Shown here in pieces: positions 14,288-24,883 of a DNA stretch of 64,000 bases (position 1 is its first letter; each line of letters begins with the position of its first letter). A program made the position numbers and the translations under genes. Source of the DNA: Nitrospirota bacterium. GTDB lineage: Bacteria; Nitrospirota; Thermodesulfovibrionia; Thermodesulfovibrionales; UBA9159. The stretch covers positions 1 to 64,000 of the forward strand of contig CAVOUE010000003.1 in NCBI GenBank assembly GCA_963699545.1, in the 5' to 3' direction. The notes beneath the pieces were generated by a model. That model saw only the letters and a list, made by a program, of their open reading frames with translations. It searched no databases and had not been told where the DNA came from.

Positions 14288-14832
14288 TGGTATGCATGCT
14301 TTTATTTATCTTCGTCTTGCTGCTTCCCTTCCCTGCAGATGCTGCGTATAAGATCTATCTCCTGAATGGTTCTGTGATCTCGGGGGTCAGTTCCTATGAA
14401 AAGCAAAATGGGGAAGTCACCATCTACTTCGGCGGTGGTTCCATGGCGGTGTCGCAAAAAGATATCCTGAAGATCGAAGAGACCGGAGCGCCGGAACGGG
14501 ACTTCCGCATACAGGGGGGGCATGAAGAGGCACCACCTCCTGCAGGGCCGCCTGTGGATACAGGGAACAGGAGAGAAAGGAAAGCAGTGCTTCAGGCCGA
14601 GTTAGACTCGACGAATTCAGACATCAAAGGTGTGGAAGAAAACGAAGCAAGAGTGAACAAAGCGATAGACGACCGAAAGGGAGCTCGGTTGTCATATAAC
14701 TCTTTACAGCTGAGGCAGCTGGATAGCGATCTGGCGCCGCTTCGGCAGGAGCTTTCGGACATCCAGGTGAAAAAGGGCGCTCTTTATCAGAGGAGAACCA
14801 TCATAGAGAGTGAGCTCCAGAGTCTGCAATAG
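14287..14832 (+). CDS. Exported hypothetical protein with C-terminal coiled coil
   Basis: Signal peptide (..PADA), start overlaps the uvrC stop. Confidence 0.7.
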   Translation: MVCMLLFIFVLLLPFPADAAYKIYLLNGSVISGVSSYEKQNGEVTIYFGGGSMAVSQKDILKIEETGAPERDFRIQGGHEEAPPPAGPPVDTGNRRERKAVLQAELDSTNSDIKGVEENEARVNKAIDDRKGARLSYNSLQLRQLDSDLAPLRQELSDIQVKKGALYQRRTIIESELQSLQ

Positions 14833-14856
14833 ACGAAATACCGGGATATATCCTAC

Positions 14857-15789
14857 ATGAATATTTACCTATCAGGTTCCCTGGCGTATGACAGGATCAT
14901 GGACTTTCCGGGGAAATTTTCCGATCACATTCTGCCTGACAAAATACATATCCTGAATGTCTGCTTTACCGTAAACGGCATGGTCGAGAAATTCGGGGGG
15001 ACTGCAGGCAATATCGCCTATTCCCTCAGCCTGCTTCGCGAAAAACCGATCATACTGGCAACCATCGGAAAGGATTATGAAAGGTATTTTGACTGGCTGA
15101 GAAAGCATGATATCCCTCTGGACGGTATCAGGATTATCCGTGAGGAATTCACCGCAGGAGCCTATATCACTACAGACAGGGCAGACAACCAGATAACAGG
15201 ATTCAATCCCGGCGCCATGAAATACCAGTCACAGTGCACCTTCAGCGGCATCGATCCTGACGGATCCCTCTGTCTCATCGCTCCGGGCAACCTCAGGGAC
15301 ATGGTCGAGCATGCGGAGACCTGCAAAAGCAAGGCGATACAGTATATCTGCGACCCAGGACAGTCGCTTACAGGATGGGAGGGGAACGCCCTCACCCGGT
15401 GGATCGATGGTTCCATGATGCTCATCTCCAACGATTACGAGCTGGAGATGATCGTAAAGATGACGGGGATGGACAAAAAGGGGTTACTGAGACTGACAAG
15501 GACTATCGTCACGACCCTCGGGGAAAAGGGGTCCCTTATCAGCATTGCCGGAGATGATATGCGCATACCGGCTGCAGGGGTTCAGTATGTGGTGGATCCC
15601 ACCGGAGCAGGGGATGCATTCCGTGCAGGGCTGATCAAGGGTCTTGTTATGGGTAAGGAAATAGCCTCTGCCGCGATGATGGGGTCTGTTGCCGCGGCAT
15701 ATGCCGTTGAAAAGTACGGGACCCAGGAGCATCACTACTCATATGCAGACTTCCTGGACAGACTGAGGTCCAACTTCGGGGAAATCTAG
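14857..15789 (+). CDS. PfkB-family carbohydrate/nucleoside kinase (adenosine kinase-like)
   Basis: GSLAYD, GGTAGNIAY, DPTGAGDAFRAG. Confidence 0.92.
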   Translation: MNIYLSGSLAYDRIMDFPGKFSDHILPDKIHILNVCFTVNGMVEKFGGTAGNIAYSLSLLREKPIILATIGKDYERYFDWLRKHDIPLDGIRIIREEFTAGAYITTDRADNQITGFNPGAMKYQSQCTFSGIDPDGSLCLIAPGNLRDMVEHAETCKSKAIQYICDPGQSLTGWEGNALTRWIDGSMMLISNDYELEMIVKMTGMDKKGLLRLTRTIVTTLGEKGSLISIAGDDMRIPAAGVQYVVDPTGAGDAFRAGLIKGLVMGKEIASAAMMGSVAAAYAVEKYGTQEHHYSYADFLDRLRSNFGEI

Positions 15790-15822
15790 GGAGGATCAGG
15801 GACCTGCGTCCGGCGAGCTCAT

Positions 15823-16938
15823 ATGATCAATGAAGCCGCATTAAAAGCCTACCTCAAGGAAAAATTCAAGGTTTCTCGTGTACACATCAGGAAGATCGGT
15901 TCGGGCGTTCAGGGTACAGGGTTCCTCGTCGAGTTGGAGACTGACAAGGGTGTCTCTTCCTATGTGGTAAAATCTCTCATGACCGAAGGCTTTGGTCATG
16001 ATTACCCTTCCGACAGGGCTGGTGTATTTCTCCTGGATCTCGACGAATTCAACAACCTGCCAAAGCATGTGAAAGCACTTGACGTGCTGGCGGAGATGGA
16101 AGATGGCTCAGTGAAGTCCATCGGCGGCGGTAAAGAATACTACCTCTTGATGGAAAGGGGGAAAGGAAAGGATTATTTTTGTGACCTGTCCGCATTTTCT
16201 CGAAAAGACAGGCTTGGGGATTTGGACAAGAACAAAATACATGCAATGACATCATACCTGGCGAACATCCACAGCACCAGGAAAGATTCAAGGCCCCTCT
16301 ACTGGAGGAAACTCAGGGATACAGTAGGGCATGGCGAATGTCTTATGGGAGTTCTGGACATGTATCCCGAGGGAACTCTCCCGTACGACGAGATGGCGGA
16401 GATTATCAAGAAGTCCGTTGAGTGGCTGTTCCGCCTAAAACCAAAGTTCAGACGGCTCTCACAGATACACGGGGATTTTCATCCGGGGAACATCTGGTTT
16501 GAGGAAGCAAAGAGTTATGGGTCGGGAGTTGGGAAATCTGAGATCGCAGGGAACAAAGCTCCGAACTCCGAACCCCGAACTGGACCAGATTTCATCCTCC
16601 TCGACCGGAGCCGCGGCCCGTGGGGCGAGCCTGCAGATGATGTAACTGCCCTCACCGTGAACTATATCTTCTTTTCCATAAAGCACCACGGGGACATAAA
16701 AGGCCCTTATCTCGAAGGGTTAAAACTTTTTTATGATGATTATGTAAGACTCTCTGGTGACAACGAAATATATTCTGTCGTCCAACTATTCTACGCATTC
16801 AGAGGGGTCGTCGTAGCAAATCCCGTCTTCTATCCTGACCTCACCGCTCAACAAAGAAGAACAATTTTCAGGTTTATCCGCAACGTCCTCGATTCGGAGG
16901 GATTTGAACCGGAGAGGGTGAATGAGTATCTGAGGTAA
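15823..16938 (+). CDS. Aminoglycoside phosphotransferase-like kinase
   Basis: IGSGVQG glycine loop, HGDFHPGNI, LDRSRGPWGEPADD. Confidence 0.85.
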   Translation: MINEAALKAYLKEKFKVSRVHIRKIGSGVQGTGFLVELETDKGVSSYVVKSLMTEGFGHDYPSDRAGVFLLDLDEFNNLPKHVKALDVLAEMEDGSVKSIGGGKEYYLLMERGKGKDYFCDLSAFSRKDRLGDLDKNKIHAMTSYLANIHSTRKDSRPLYWRKLRDTVGHGECLMGVLDMYPEGTLPYDEMAEIIKKSVEWLFRLKPKFRRLSQIHGDFHPGNIWFEEAKSYGSGVGKSEIAGNKAPNSEPRTGPDFILLDRSRGPWGEPADDVTALTVNYIFFSIKHHGDIKGPYLEGLKLFYDDYVRLSGDNEIYSVVQLFYAFRGVVVANPVFYPDLTAQQRRTIFRFIRNVLDSEGFEPERVNEYLR

Positions 16939-17088
16939 GGAGTCGCTTCCTTCACCAAAACAATTACTCCTCGCCCTTGCCGTCCTCCCTGCCCTGGTGA
17001 AGAGGAAATCCCCAAGGCAGGTCTAAACCTGCAGGGCACGCGTTATCCACGGCGCACGTTTCCGATACGGCTTTTCGCCCATCTTCTT

Positions 17089-18060
17089 CTAGAGGCTTCG
17101 CTCGTGTTCGGGCGCAACGTAATCCTTCACAAAATACAAAGGTCGTGTCTTGGTCTCATCAAATACTCTTCCGAGATATTCACCAATGATCCCGATGCCG
17201 ATAAGCTGAATGCCGCCAAGGAACAAGATCACCACCATCAAAGACGGATAGCCACGGACCGGGTCACCAAACGCAAGAGTTTTATAAATGACTATTCCGG
17301 CGTAGAGAAAGGCAGACAGGGCGGTCAGCAAACCAAGATACGTTGCGATCCTGAGTGGCGCTGTAGTGAAAGACGTGATTCCCTCAAGGGCAAAGTTCCA
17401 CAGACGCCAATAATTCCACTTCGTCTGTCCCGCAAGACGGGGATCGCGATGATAGTGTACTGCTTTCTGACGATACCCTATCCACGAGAACAGTCCCTTT
17501 GTAAAACGGTGTTGTTCGCGCAATCTCTTGAGCGAATCGACCGCCCTCCGGCTCAGCAGGCGAAAATCCCCGGTGTCTTCAGGTATCGGTATGCGACTAA
17601 CTCGATTTATCAGTCGGTAAAAAAAATGGGCGGTAACCTTCTTCAACCAGCCTTCGCCCTCTCTTGAGAGCCGTACGGCATATACTCCATCGTGGCCATT
17701 CTCCCAATGCTGAACCATCTCTGGAATTAACTCGGGAGGATCTTGCAGGTCGGCATCTATGAGCACAACGGCATCACCGTGAGCGTAATCAATCCCTGCT
17801 GCCATAGCTATCTCCTTGCCAAAATTACGGCTCAGATCAACAATCCCGATCGCAGGCTCGTTCATTCGCAATGAGCGAATCACTTCCAGCGTTCGATCCG
17901 TGCTGCCGTCGTTCACATAAATGACCTCGGCCCGCATCGGCAAGCCGGCCAGTACGGCAGAGAGACGCCGGTGGAAAGCCTCCAATACACTTGCTTCGTT
18001 GTATGCCGGCACAATTACGGAAAGCAGAGGACCTGACTTCATATCCCTTACCAAACTCAT
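17089..18060 (-). CDS. GT2 polyprenol-phosphate glycosyltransferase (GtrB/YfdH-like)
   Basis: VPAYNE, VNDGSTD, SRNFGKE, DADLQDPPE, two C-terminal TM helices. Confidence 0.92.
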   Translation of the reverse strand: MSLVRDMKSGPLLSVIVPAYNEASVLEAFHRRLSAVLAGLPMRAEVIYVNDGSTDRTLEVIRSLRMNEPAIGIVDLSRNFGKEIAMAAGIDYAHGDAVVLIDADLQDPPELIPEMVQHWENGHDGVYAVRLSREGEGWLKKVTAHFFYRLINRVSRIPIPEDTGDFRLLSRRAVDSLKRLREQHRFTKGLFSWIGYRQKAVHYHRDPRLAGQTKWNYWRLWNFALEGITSFTTAPLRIATYLGLLTALSAFLYAGIVIYKTLAFGDPVRGYPSLMVVILFLGGIQLIGIGIIGEYLGRVFDETKTRPLYFVKDYVAPEHERSL

Positions 18061-18276
18061 ATCGGATTCTCATCATTCGCCCTCTCGATGCTTGCTCAGA
18101 ATTGGAGAACGCCCCGCCAATTCAAGCTCTTTGAGAGTGGGCCGCCGTACCTGTAAGTCAAAACATAACCGAGAAGCCGGTGTAAAGTCAAGCAAAGAGG
18201 ATGTTCGGTTTCTTCGTGGAGAAACTCCACGAAGAAGCAAGTGTCACCAGAGAAACGACCGTATTGAATGTTTGTT

Positions 18277-18301
18277 GAAGGGGGCAAGGACTGCCCCCTT
18301 C
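18277..18301 (-). terminator. Hairpin after atpE
   Basis: GAAGGGGGCA-N5-TGCCCCCTTC; no clear U-tail. Confidence 0.55.
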
Positions 18302-18311
18302 TTAGTGAATA

Positions 18312-18665
18312 TTAAAGTTTGAAAGGATTCATGAAAAGAATGATCAGCACCACGACCAGTGCGTAAATAGCAAGGGACTCGATCATCGCAAGACCGATGA
18401 TAAGCGTTGTCGTGATCTTTCCGGACACACCCGGGTTCCTCGCAACGCCCTCGCATGCCTTGCTCAGACCGATACCCTGACCGATGCCGGTGCCGAGTGC
18501 AGCAAGGCCGATGGCAAGACCGCAGCCCAGTGCAGCGAAGGCATAGTAGTATACTTTTGAACCGCTCGCGGTTGCCGGAGCTGCCGCTTCTTCAGCCAAT
18601 GCCAGCGGAGCAAAGGCCCAGAGCATGATCAACGCGAGAATCATAACTGCAAGAATCTTCCTCAT
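18312..18665 (-). CDS. atpE: F0 ATP synthase subunit c with N-terminal signal-peptide-like extension
   Basis: GTGIGQG, ARNP loop, IESLAIY. Confidence 0.96.
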   Translation of the reverse strand: MRKILAVMILALIMLWAFAPLALAEEAAAPATASGSKVYYYAFAALGCGLAIGLAALGTGIGQGIGLSKACEGVARNPGVSGKITTTLIIGLAMIESLAIYALVVVLIILFMNPFKL

Positions 18666-18695
18666 GGTTATTCCTCCTTTCTTCAGATAGATTGT

Positions 18696-19367
18696 CTAAT
18701 GCGCCTCTTCGACAGAGCCTGCCAGATAGAGGGCCGTCAAAAGCACAAAAACGAACGCCTGTATCAAACTCACGAGAACCCCGAGACCGAGGATAGCCAC
18801 CGGGACAACGACCGGAGCCAGCAGAGCGAGGGCAAACAGGATCATATGCTTGGCGATCATGTTCCCGAAAAGTCGAACCGAAAGCGTAACCGGTCTCACG
18901 AGGTGGCCGATGAACTCGATGACGAACATCATCGGCGCCAGCCAGACGATCGGCCCAAGGAAGTGTTTGATATATTTGAAACCATGCACCCTGATGCCGT
19001 AATAGTGTGTAGCGAGAAAGACCGGAACAGCCATTGATGCGGTAGTATTGATGTTGCTGGTAGGTGCGGTAAACCCCGGGATAAGACCCATGAAATTACA
19101 GACAAGGATATAGAGACCGATGGTTCCTATGAGGGGAAAGAAGTATTTCCCCCAATGATGGCCGATATTCTCCTCCGAGAGCTTAAGGAGCTGCTCCACC
19201 ATTACCTCCACAAAGTTCTGGACACCCCTCGGGACTACGGCAAGGGAACCCCTAATGGAAAAAGCAACACCTACAAGGATAAGCGAGGCGAGAAAGGCGT
19301 AGGAAACATAATGCGGCACGGTATGCGGATTGACGATAATATCCATCAACAGGGATTCTTCTTGCAT
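18696..19367 (-). CDS. atpB: F0 ATP synthase subunit a
   Basis: RPVTLSVRLFGNM, IQAFVF; GGAGG RBS before MQEES; TTGACT-17-TAAGAT at 19395-19423. Confidence 0.96.
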   Translation of the reverse strand: MQEESLLMDIIVNPHTVPHYVSYAFLASLILVGVAFSIRGSLAVVPRGVQNFVEVMVEQLLKLSEENIGHHWGKYFFPLIGTIGLYILVCNFMGLIPGFTAPTSNINTTASMAVPVFLATHYYGIRVHGFKYIKHFLGPIVWLAPMMFVIEFIGHLVRPVTLSVRLFGNMIAKHMILFALALLAPVVVPVAILGLGVLVSLIQAFVFVLLTALYLAGSVEEAH

Positions 19368-19481
19368 AGAGTCCTCCAAAACCGAATTCAAAGTATCTTA
19401 AAGAAGAATCGCCCAAAAGTCAAGATTAGGGGCCATTAAGAAAATAAATGGCCCAGTCAATCACAAAAAAGGGGGGGGGAA

Positions 19482-20369
19482 CTACCGGAAAGACAAACGG
19501 AGAATCCTTTCGACACCCGCGTAATCTTTCACCAAAGAGTCACGTCTAAGTCCCGATTCTTGGGCTATTTTGAGCACATCATCAGCCGCTCCCTGTCCCA
19601 GTTCCACGATGATGGACCCTCCTTCATGCAGATACTCAGGGGCACGGGAAAGTATCTCCCGGTAAAACCGGAGCCCGTCCTCTCCCCCGTCCAGGGCTTC
19701 CAGCGGTTCCCAACCCTTTATCTCCGGCTGGAGCGTGCAGATATCTCTTCTCCTGATATAGGGAGGATTAGAAACGATCATGTCGAATTTCCTGCCCTTT
19801 ACCGGTTCGTACAGGTTGCCGTTCAGAAAGGTGACGTTCCGTATCTCATTCACTCTGGCATTGTCCAAGGCATATCCCAGCGCGCTTGTTGATACTTCAG
19901 TACCGAAGACCTCAACCTTCGGGAACTCCCGTGCGAGAGCAAGGGCAAGACAACCGCTGCCCGTGCAAAGGTCCAGGATACGCGAAGCATGAGAAGTGAA
20001 GCGCGCAGTGTCTTCTCGACCCTTCGCTCCTGCCCCTTCACGCCTCATGGTCTTGATGGCTTCTTCCGCCATTATTTCCGTTTCAGGGCGGGGAATGAGC
20101 ACGCCGGGGCCAACACGTACCTTCACCCCCAAAAAATCAACATGCCCGATGATATACTGAAGAGGTTCCCTCTTACCCCTTCTTTCGAGAATCCTGTTGA
20201 TCTCCTCTCTCTGGACAGGGGAAAGGGTGGGATTATCCCGGTAAAGAGCAACTTTCCCCATCTCCATGCAGCGCGTGAAGATGATCTCGGCTTCCTTGTG
20301 AGCATCCCCGATCCCGTATTTCCCAAGAATCGCCGAAACCTCCCATAATCTTTCAAGTGCCTTTATCAT
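19482..20369 (-). CDS. prmC: Release factor glutamine methyltransferase
   Basis: EPLQYIIG, LIPRPETE, LDLCTGSG, SNPPY. Confidence 0.96.
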   Translation of the reverse strand: MIKALERLWEVSAILGKYGIGDAHKEAEIIFTRCMEMGKVALYRDNPTLSPVQREEINRILERRGKREPLQYIIGHVDFLGVKVRVGPGVLIPRPETEIMAEEAIKTMRREGAGAKGREDTARFTSHASRILDLCTGSGCLALALAREFPKVEVFGTEVSTSALGYALDNARVNEIRNVTFLNGNLYEPVKGRKFDMIVSNPPYIRRRDICTLQPEIKGWEPLEALDGGEDGLRFYREILSRAPEYLHEGGSIIVELGQGAADDVLKIAQESGLRRDSLVKDYAGVERILRLSFR

Positions 20370-21431
20370 CTAGAGTTCCTTAAGTTTTTCGGTTTGGTAG
20401 TGAGTAGTCAAGGCGTCAATAACCTCTTCGAGATTCCCTTCCAGCACCTGTTCCAGCTTGTGGAGGGTAAACCCTATCCTGTGGTCGGTGATCCTGTTCT
20501 GCGGGAAATTGTACGTCCTTATCCTCTCGCTCCTGTCGCCGGTGCCGACCTGGGTCTTCCTCGCAAGGGCACGCTCCTTCTCCTGCCTCTCAATCTCCAG
20601 CTCATAAAGCCGGGAACGGAGGACTTTCATCGCTTTGTCCTTGTTCTTTATCTGGGAGCGCTCGTCCTGGCACTGGACAATCATCCCCGTGGGAATGTGA
20701 ACGATCCTCACCGCGGAATAGGTAGTGTTCACGCCCTGTCCCCCGGGACCGGAAGCACAGAACGTATCAACCCGGAGATCCTTCTCCTCCACCTTGATAT
20801 CCACATCCTCTGCCTCGGGGAGAACCGCAACAGTGGCCGCGGAGGTGTGGATCCGTCCGGAGGCTTCCGTGACAGGGACCCTCTGGACCCTGTGCACGCC
20901 GCTCTCATACTTGAGCTTACTGTAGGCGCCTTTCCCCTCTATGGCTGCGATGATCTCCTTAAGACCGCCAAGACCGGTGGGATTTGAGTCGATCACTTCC
21001 ACCTTCCACCGTTTGGATTCTGCATATTTCGCATACATCCTGAAAAGACTGGAAGCAAAGAGGGCTGCCTCTTCTCCGCCTGTTCCCGCCCTTATTTCAA
21101 GGATTACGCTTTTTCCATCCCTGGGGTCCTTCGGAAGAAGCATAAACTTGAGTTCTTCCTCTACAGCAGGCCTTTTCCCTTTAAGCTCTTCCAATTCAGC
21201 CTGTGCGAGTTCCCTGATGTCTCCGTCTCCTCCCCCCAGGATCTCCTCAGCCTCCTCTATGCCGGACATGATCTTTCTGTACTCCGCTATCTTTTCTACC
21301 AGGGGCTGGAGGTCTGACTGCTCCTTTGAATATTTCTGGTACTGCTGTGGATTGGAAAGGACATCGGGATTCATGAGGAGCCGCGTCAGTTCCTCATACT
21401 TTTCTTCTATGGTCTTAAGCTTCTCGAGCAT
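20370..21431 (-). CDS. prfA: Peptide chain release factor 1
   Basis: PVT tripeptide, GGQ motif, RTYNFPQ. Confidence 0.98.
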   Translation of the reverse strand: MLEKLKTIEEKYEELTRLLMNPDVLSNPQQYQKYSKEQSDLQPLVEKIAEYRKIMSGIEEAEEILGGGDGDIRELAQAELEELKGKRPAVEEELKFMLLPKDPRDGKSVILEIRAGTGGEEAALFASSLFRMYAKYAESKRWKVEVIDSNPTGLGGLKEIIAAIEGKGAYSKLKYESGVHRVQRVPVTEASGRIHTSAATVAVLPEAEDVDIKVEEKDLRVDTFCASGPGGQGVNTTYSAVRIVHIPTGMIVQCQDERSQIKNKDKAMKVLRSRLYELEIERQEKERALARKTQVGTGDRSERIRTYNFPQNRITDHRIGFTLHKLEQVLEGNLEEVIDALTTHYQTEKLKEL

Positions 21432-22302
21432 TTTTTTCCTCTAAGAGCAACACCTCTTTTACCGCCCGTATGGCGACCTCTATCTGGGAGTCGTCGGGTT
21501 CCCTGGTGGTGAGTTTCTGCAGCAGCAACCGGGGAGTATCATGAGATGGATAAGGGAATTTTCTTTCATCTTCGCTGAAAGCCTGAGGAGCTCATAGGAG
21601 GATCCCGGCGATGAGGGGGATCAGGATGAGCCTCGACAGGAACTTTCCCCAGAATGGCCATGTCTGGGGGACGAAAGAAAACACGAGAATGCTGATCACC
21701 ATCACGATGAGAAGAAAACTGGTGCCGCACCGCGGATGATGGGGACTGAATGTCCTCACACTTTCGATGTCAAGCTCCCTGCCCGCCTCATAGGCGTGGA
21801 TGACCTTGTGCTCTGCCCCATGATACTCGAATATCCTCCTCATGTCCTTCCAAAGCCCTATGGCAAAGACGTACAGCAAGAAGATCAGTACCCTGATAAT
21901 GCCGTCCGTCAGATTGAACACAAAGGAACTCTTTTCGACCCCGCTTATGACGAGACCCATAAGCTTTGTAAGGTAAAGGGGCAGGAATATGAACAAGCCG
22001 ATACCGATGCCCACGGCAAATGTGATAGTGGATGCCATGGCGAAAGGACTGAGGGGCTTTTCATCTTCACCGGTGTACGCCTTGCTCGCGGAAAACTCTA
22101 TAGCCTTGATCCCTATGGCAAGGGCGTGAAAGAGCCCGACGATACCCCTCACCAGAGGCAGATGAAGGAACTTGGGGAGCCGTTCGAGCACTTCCTTCTT
22201 GATGTGGATATCTCCCTTCTGATCCCTCACCGCAACGGTCCAGCCGAAGGCCGATTTCATCATCACACCCTCAATGACCGCCTGTCCCCCAATATTTTTC
22301 AT
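21415..22302 (-). CDS. DUF1385 membrane protein (two frameshifts near 21600 and 21530, likely errors)
   Basis: [26 protein letters not shown]; restoring the frame gives ISYELLR...[18 protein letters not shown]; usual rpmE-DUF1385-prfA context. Confidence 0.88.
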
Positions 22303-22326
22303 CGTATCTCCCGGCCGGTTTTTGTC

Positions 22327-22365
22327 AAAAAAAAGTCGTTAGCCACAGGCATGCGACTAACGACT
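22327..22365 (-). terminator. Terminator after rpmE
   Basis: AGTCGTTAG...CTAACGACT stem followed by a T-tract on the minus strand. Confidence 0.7.
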
Positions 22366-22380
22366 CTCGACTGGTTATCG

Positions 22381-22581
22381 CTACTTCTTTGCGTATTTCC
22401 GGTTAAACTTCTGCACCCTTCCTTCAGCATCCATGAGCTTCTGTTTGCCGGTGAAGAAGGGATGACACTTGGAACAGATATCCACGTGGATCAGCGGTTT
22501 TGTAGACTTGGTCGCAAAGGTCTCACCGCAGGCACATACTACCTTTGCCTCTTTATAATCGGGATGAATTCCTTCTTTCAA
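22381..22581 (-). CDS. rpmE: 50S ribosomal protein L31 (zinc-binding type)
   Basis: [26 protein letters not shown]. Confidence 0.97.
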   Translation of the reverse strand: MKEGIHPDYKEAKVVCACGETFATKSTKPLIHVDICSKCHPFFTGKQKLMDAEGRVQKFNRKYAKK

Positions 22582-22641
22582 GTCAGTCCTCCTAAGAAAG
22601 TTTATCTATTGTACCGTATCGGGCTTGCTTTTGGCAATATG

Positions 22642-23622
22642 TCAGAAACAGACCTCATACTCCGCGGGAATCTCCAGGGCTTCCGATCCGCTCCTCACAA
22701 GCCTGAGAGAGATATTGTGACACCCCTTTCCTACAAGGTCAGTGTTGAATTCTGCCCTCCAGCCCACGGGGAAATACCCATAATACTCTTCCCCAAGACC
22801 AAAGTACTTGGCCACGTCAGTCCTATCATATCGAAAATCCGCTGGGGATGAAGCCCGGCTGTCTATCACTATGGAGAGGCCCCTCGCAGGGGCCTTTGTC
22901 CGGGCATCAAAGGCCCAGCCTTCGACCACTATGTTCTTTGATGAACCGTTGATCATGACTCTTGTTTTCCTCTCCTTCACTTTCTCACCGCCAATCTGAT
23001 CAATCCAATAGTGGAGGTTTCCCTGGCCATCGAGGTATTCGTTCCTGATCCAGTAGATAAGATTGTCCCTGTTGTGGTCTTTCTGCGTCTCTTCCAGCCA
23101 TCGTCCATACCTTGAAAAGAGATACGGACCGATAGACCGGTAAAAAGGGAAGACTCCGTATCTCCATGAAAATTGCTTTATCACGTCGCCAAGGGGAGGA
23201 TCTTGCTCAACGGCCAAGGCCAGGGCACTCACCATTCCTGTCCTGTCAGAACCCCTGCGGCAGTGGATCAGGACCGGCCTTTCTGATCTGGAGAGCACGT
23301 CCATGATTGACTGAAGGGTGGGATAATCGGGCAGATTATGAGCCGAGAGCATAATGTCGTGCAACAGGACATTGTTCTTCTCTGCTATCTCGCGCTCCTT
23401 CATATACCACTGTGAATCCCTGGGGCCGCCCCTGAGATTAATGACCGTCCTGATACCCTTGTCCTCGATAATCTTTTGGAAGCTCTGGGGAGAGAGTTGG
23501 GCACTCCGGTAGATCCTCCCCTTTACCACAGTGTCGATCCTCTCACTCAAGAAAAGCTGGTAGAAGGCGAAAACAATACCGGAAAGAACGAGGGTTAACA
23601 GGAATATATACTGTTTTTTCAT
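22642..23622 (-). CDS. Membrane-anchored cysteine (tyrosine/dual-specificity) phosphatase with C-terminal beta domain
   Basis: N-terminal TM, YRSAQL, VINLRG, HCRRGSDRTG P-loop. Confidence 0.85.
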   Translation of the reverse strand: MKKQYIFLLTLVLSGIVFAFYQLFLSERIDTVVKGRIYRSAQLSPQSFQKIIEDKGIRTVINLRGGPRDSQWYMKEREIAEKNNVLLHDIMLSAHNLPDYPTLQSIMDVLSRSERPVLIHCRRGSDRTGMVSALALAVEQDPPLGDVIKQFSWRYGVFPFYRSIGPYLFSRYGRWLEETQKDHNRDNLIYWIRNEYLDGQGNLHYWIDQIGGEKVKERKTRVMINGSSKNIVVEGWAFDARTKAPARGLSIVIDSRASSPADFRYDRTDVAKYFGLGEEYYGYFPVGWRAEFNTDLVGKGCHNISLRLVRSGSEALEIPAEYEVCF

Positions 23623-23679
23623 GGGACGCAGTGTCACAACGGTCACAATCTCACAACGTTGGGGTCTATCGGACTTTCC

Positions 23680-24843
23680 CTATGCAGCTGCAGTCCTGGC
23701 AGCCTTTTTCTCAGCTGCGGCCCGGAATACCTCAGGCGCGTTGAATGTGCCCTCAATGGCCTGAACAGGGCACTTGGCAGTACAAATCCCGCAGCCTATG
23801 CACTTCTGCTGATCAATGGTGTGCTTCTTCTTCAACTCCCCTGCTGCTGCATTCACAGGACATACCTTGGTACATATCTGACACCCGATGCAGCTGTCCA
23901 GGACAAATGCCTTCGGTCTTTTCGGTATGAAATCCCTGATCGCATTCGTGGGGCATGGAGCAACGCAGAGGCTGCATACCTTACACTTGTCAAGATCGAT
24001 CGTCGAAAGATTATTCGCTACCGAGGGCGCGTCGAAAGGACATACCTTCACGCATTTTCCGCATGCTATGCATCCCACCTGGCAGTTCTTCTTTGTCTCT
24101 GCTCCCTTATCCTTCGAATGGCACGCAACAAGCACCTGCCTTGAGGCAGGGAGGACCTCGATGACCTTCTTTGGGCACGCCTGCTCGCATTTCCTGCACC
24201 CTGTACACCTGATGATATCCACCACCGGCAGGTCGTCTTCGTTCATCGTGATCGCCCCAAAAGGACACACCCTGGCGCATGTCCCATATCCCAAACAGCC
24301 ATAGGCGCATGCCTTATCCCCGCCGCCTGCCAGTACCGAAGCTCGGCAGTCCCGTACGCCTTCATATCTGAATTTTTTCGCCGCTTTGGACCGACCTCCC
24401 TGGCACATGATCCTTGCGAAAATTGGCTCCCGGACCTCAGCTTTCTTGCCGGTGATAAGCGCCACTGCCTCCGCCCCCCTCGCACCTGCCGGGGTGCAGA
24501 GGTTCGGGGGAACGTCAGGGTTCTTCACAACAGCCTCAGCGTACTGTTCACATCCTGCGTACCCGCACGCACCGCAGTGCGCGTGGGCAAGCACATCCTT
24601 CACCTGCTCTACCCTGGGGTCGATCTCGACCGCAAAACGTTTTGCTGCCATGGCAAGGCCGATACCGAAGACTGCACCGAGTCCTGCAAGAAAGACGAGG
24701 GTCCACTTGATCAGGGGGACGATCTCGACCTTCTCCTTTGCTTCAACGCCGCCGCCCACGCCGGCATAAGCAGCGGTGGCAACGCAGAGCAGCACAACAA
24801 TGGCCAGGAGGCCCGACTTTCTTGTGGATGCACCGTTAAACAT
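23680..24843 (-). CDS. rnfB: Rnf complex subunit B (polyferredoxin type)
   Basis: HCGACGYAGC, multiple CxxCxxCxxxCP clusters; last gene of rnfCDGEAB. Confidence 0.92.
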   Translation of the reverse strand: MFNGASTRKSGLLAIVVLLCVATAAYAGVGGGVEAKEKVEIVPLIKWTLVFLAGLGAVFGIGLAMAAKRFAVEIDPRVEQVKDVLAHAHCGACGYAGCEQYAEAVVKNPDVPPNLCTPAGARGAEAVALITGKKAEVREPIFARIMCQGGRSKAAKKFRYEGVRDCRASVLAGGGDKACAYGCLGYGTCARVCPFGAITMNEDDLPVVDIIRCTGCRKCEQACPKKVIEVLPASRQVLVACHSKDKGAETKKNCQVGCIACGKCVKVCPFDAPSVANNLSTIDLDKCKVCSLCVAPCPTNAIRDFIPKRPKAFVLDSCIGCQICTKVCPVNAAAGELKKKHTIDQQKCIGCGICTAKCPVQAIEGTFNAPEVFRAAAEKKAARTAAA

Positions 24844-24883
24844 TCATTCTGCTCACTGGTCGTAATCTCACGTACATTCTTTA

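Noticed and set aside
18209-18236. Palindrome TTCTTCGTGGAG-AAA-CTCCACGAAGAA
   Set aside because: Isolated hairpin with no second copy seen; no function can be assigned
21736-22851. 371 aa plus-strand ORF
   Set aside because: Antisense shadow of DUF1385, rpmE and the phosphatase gene
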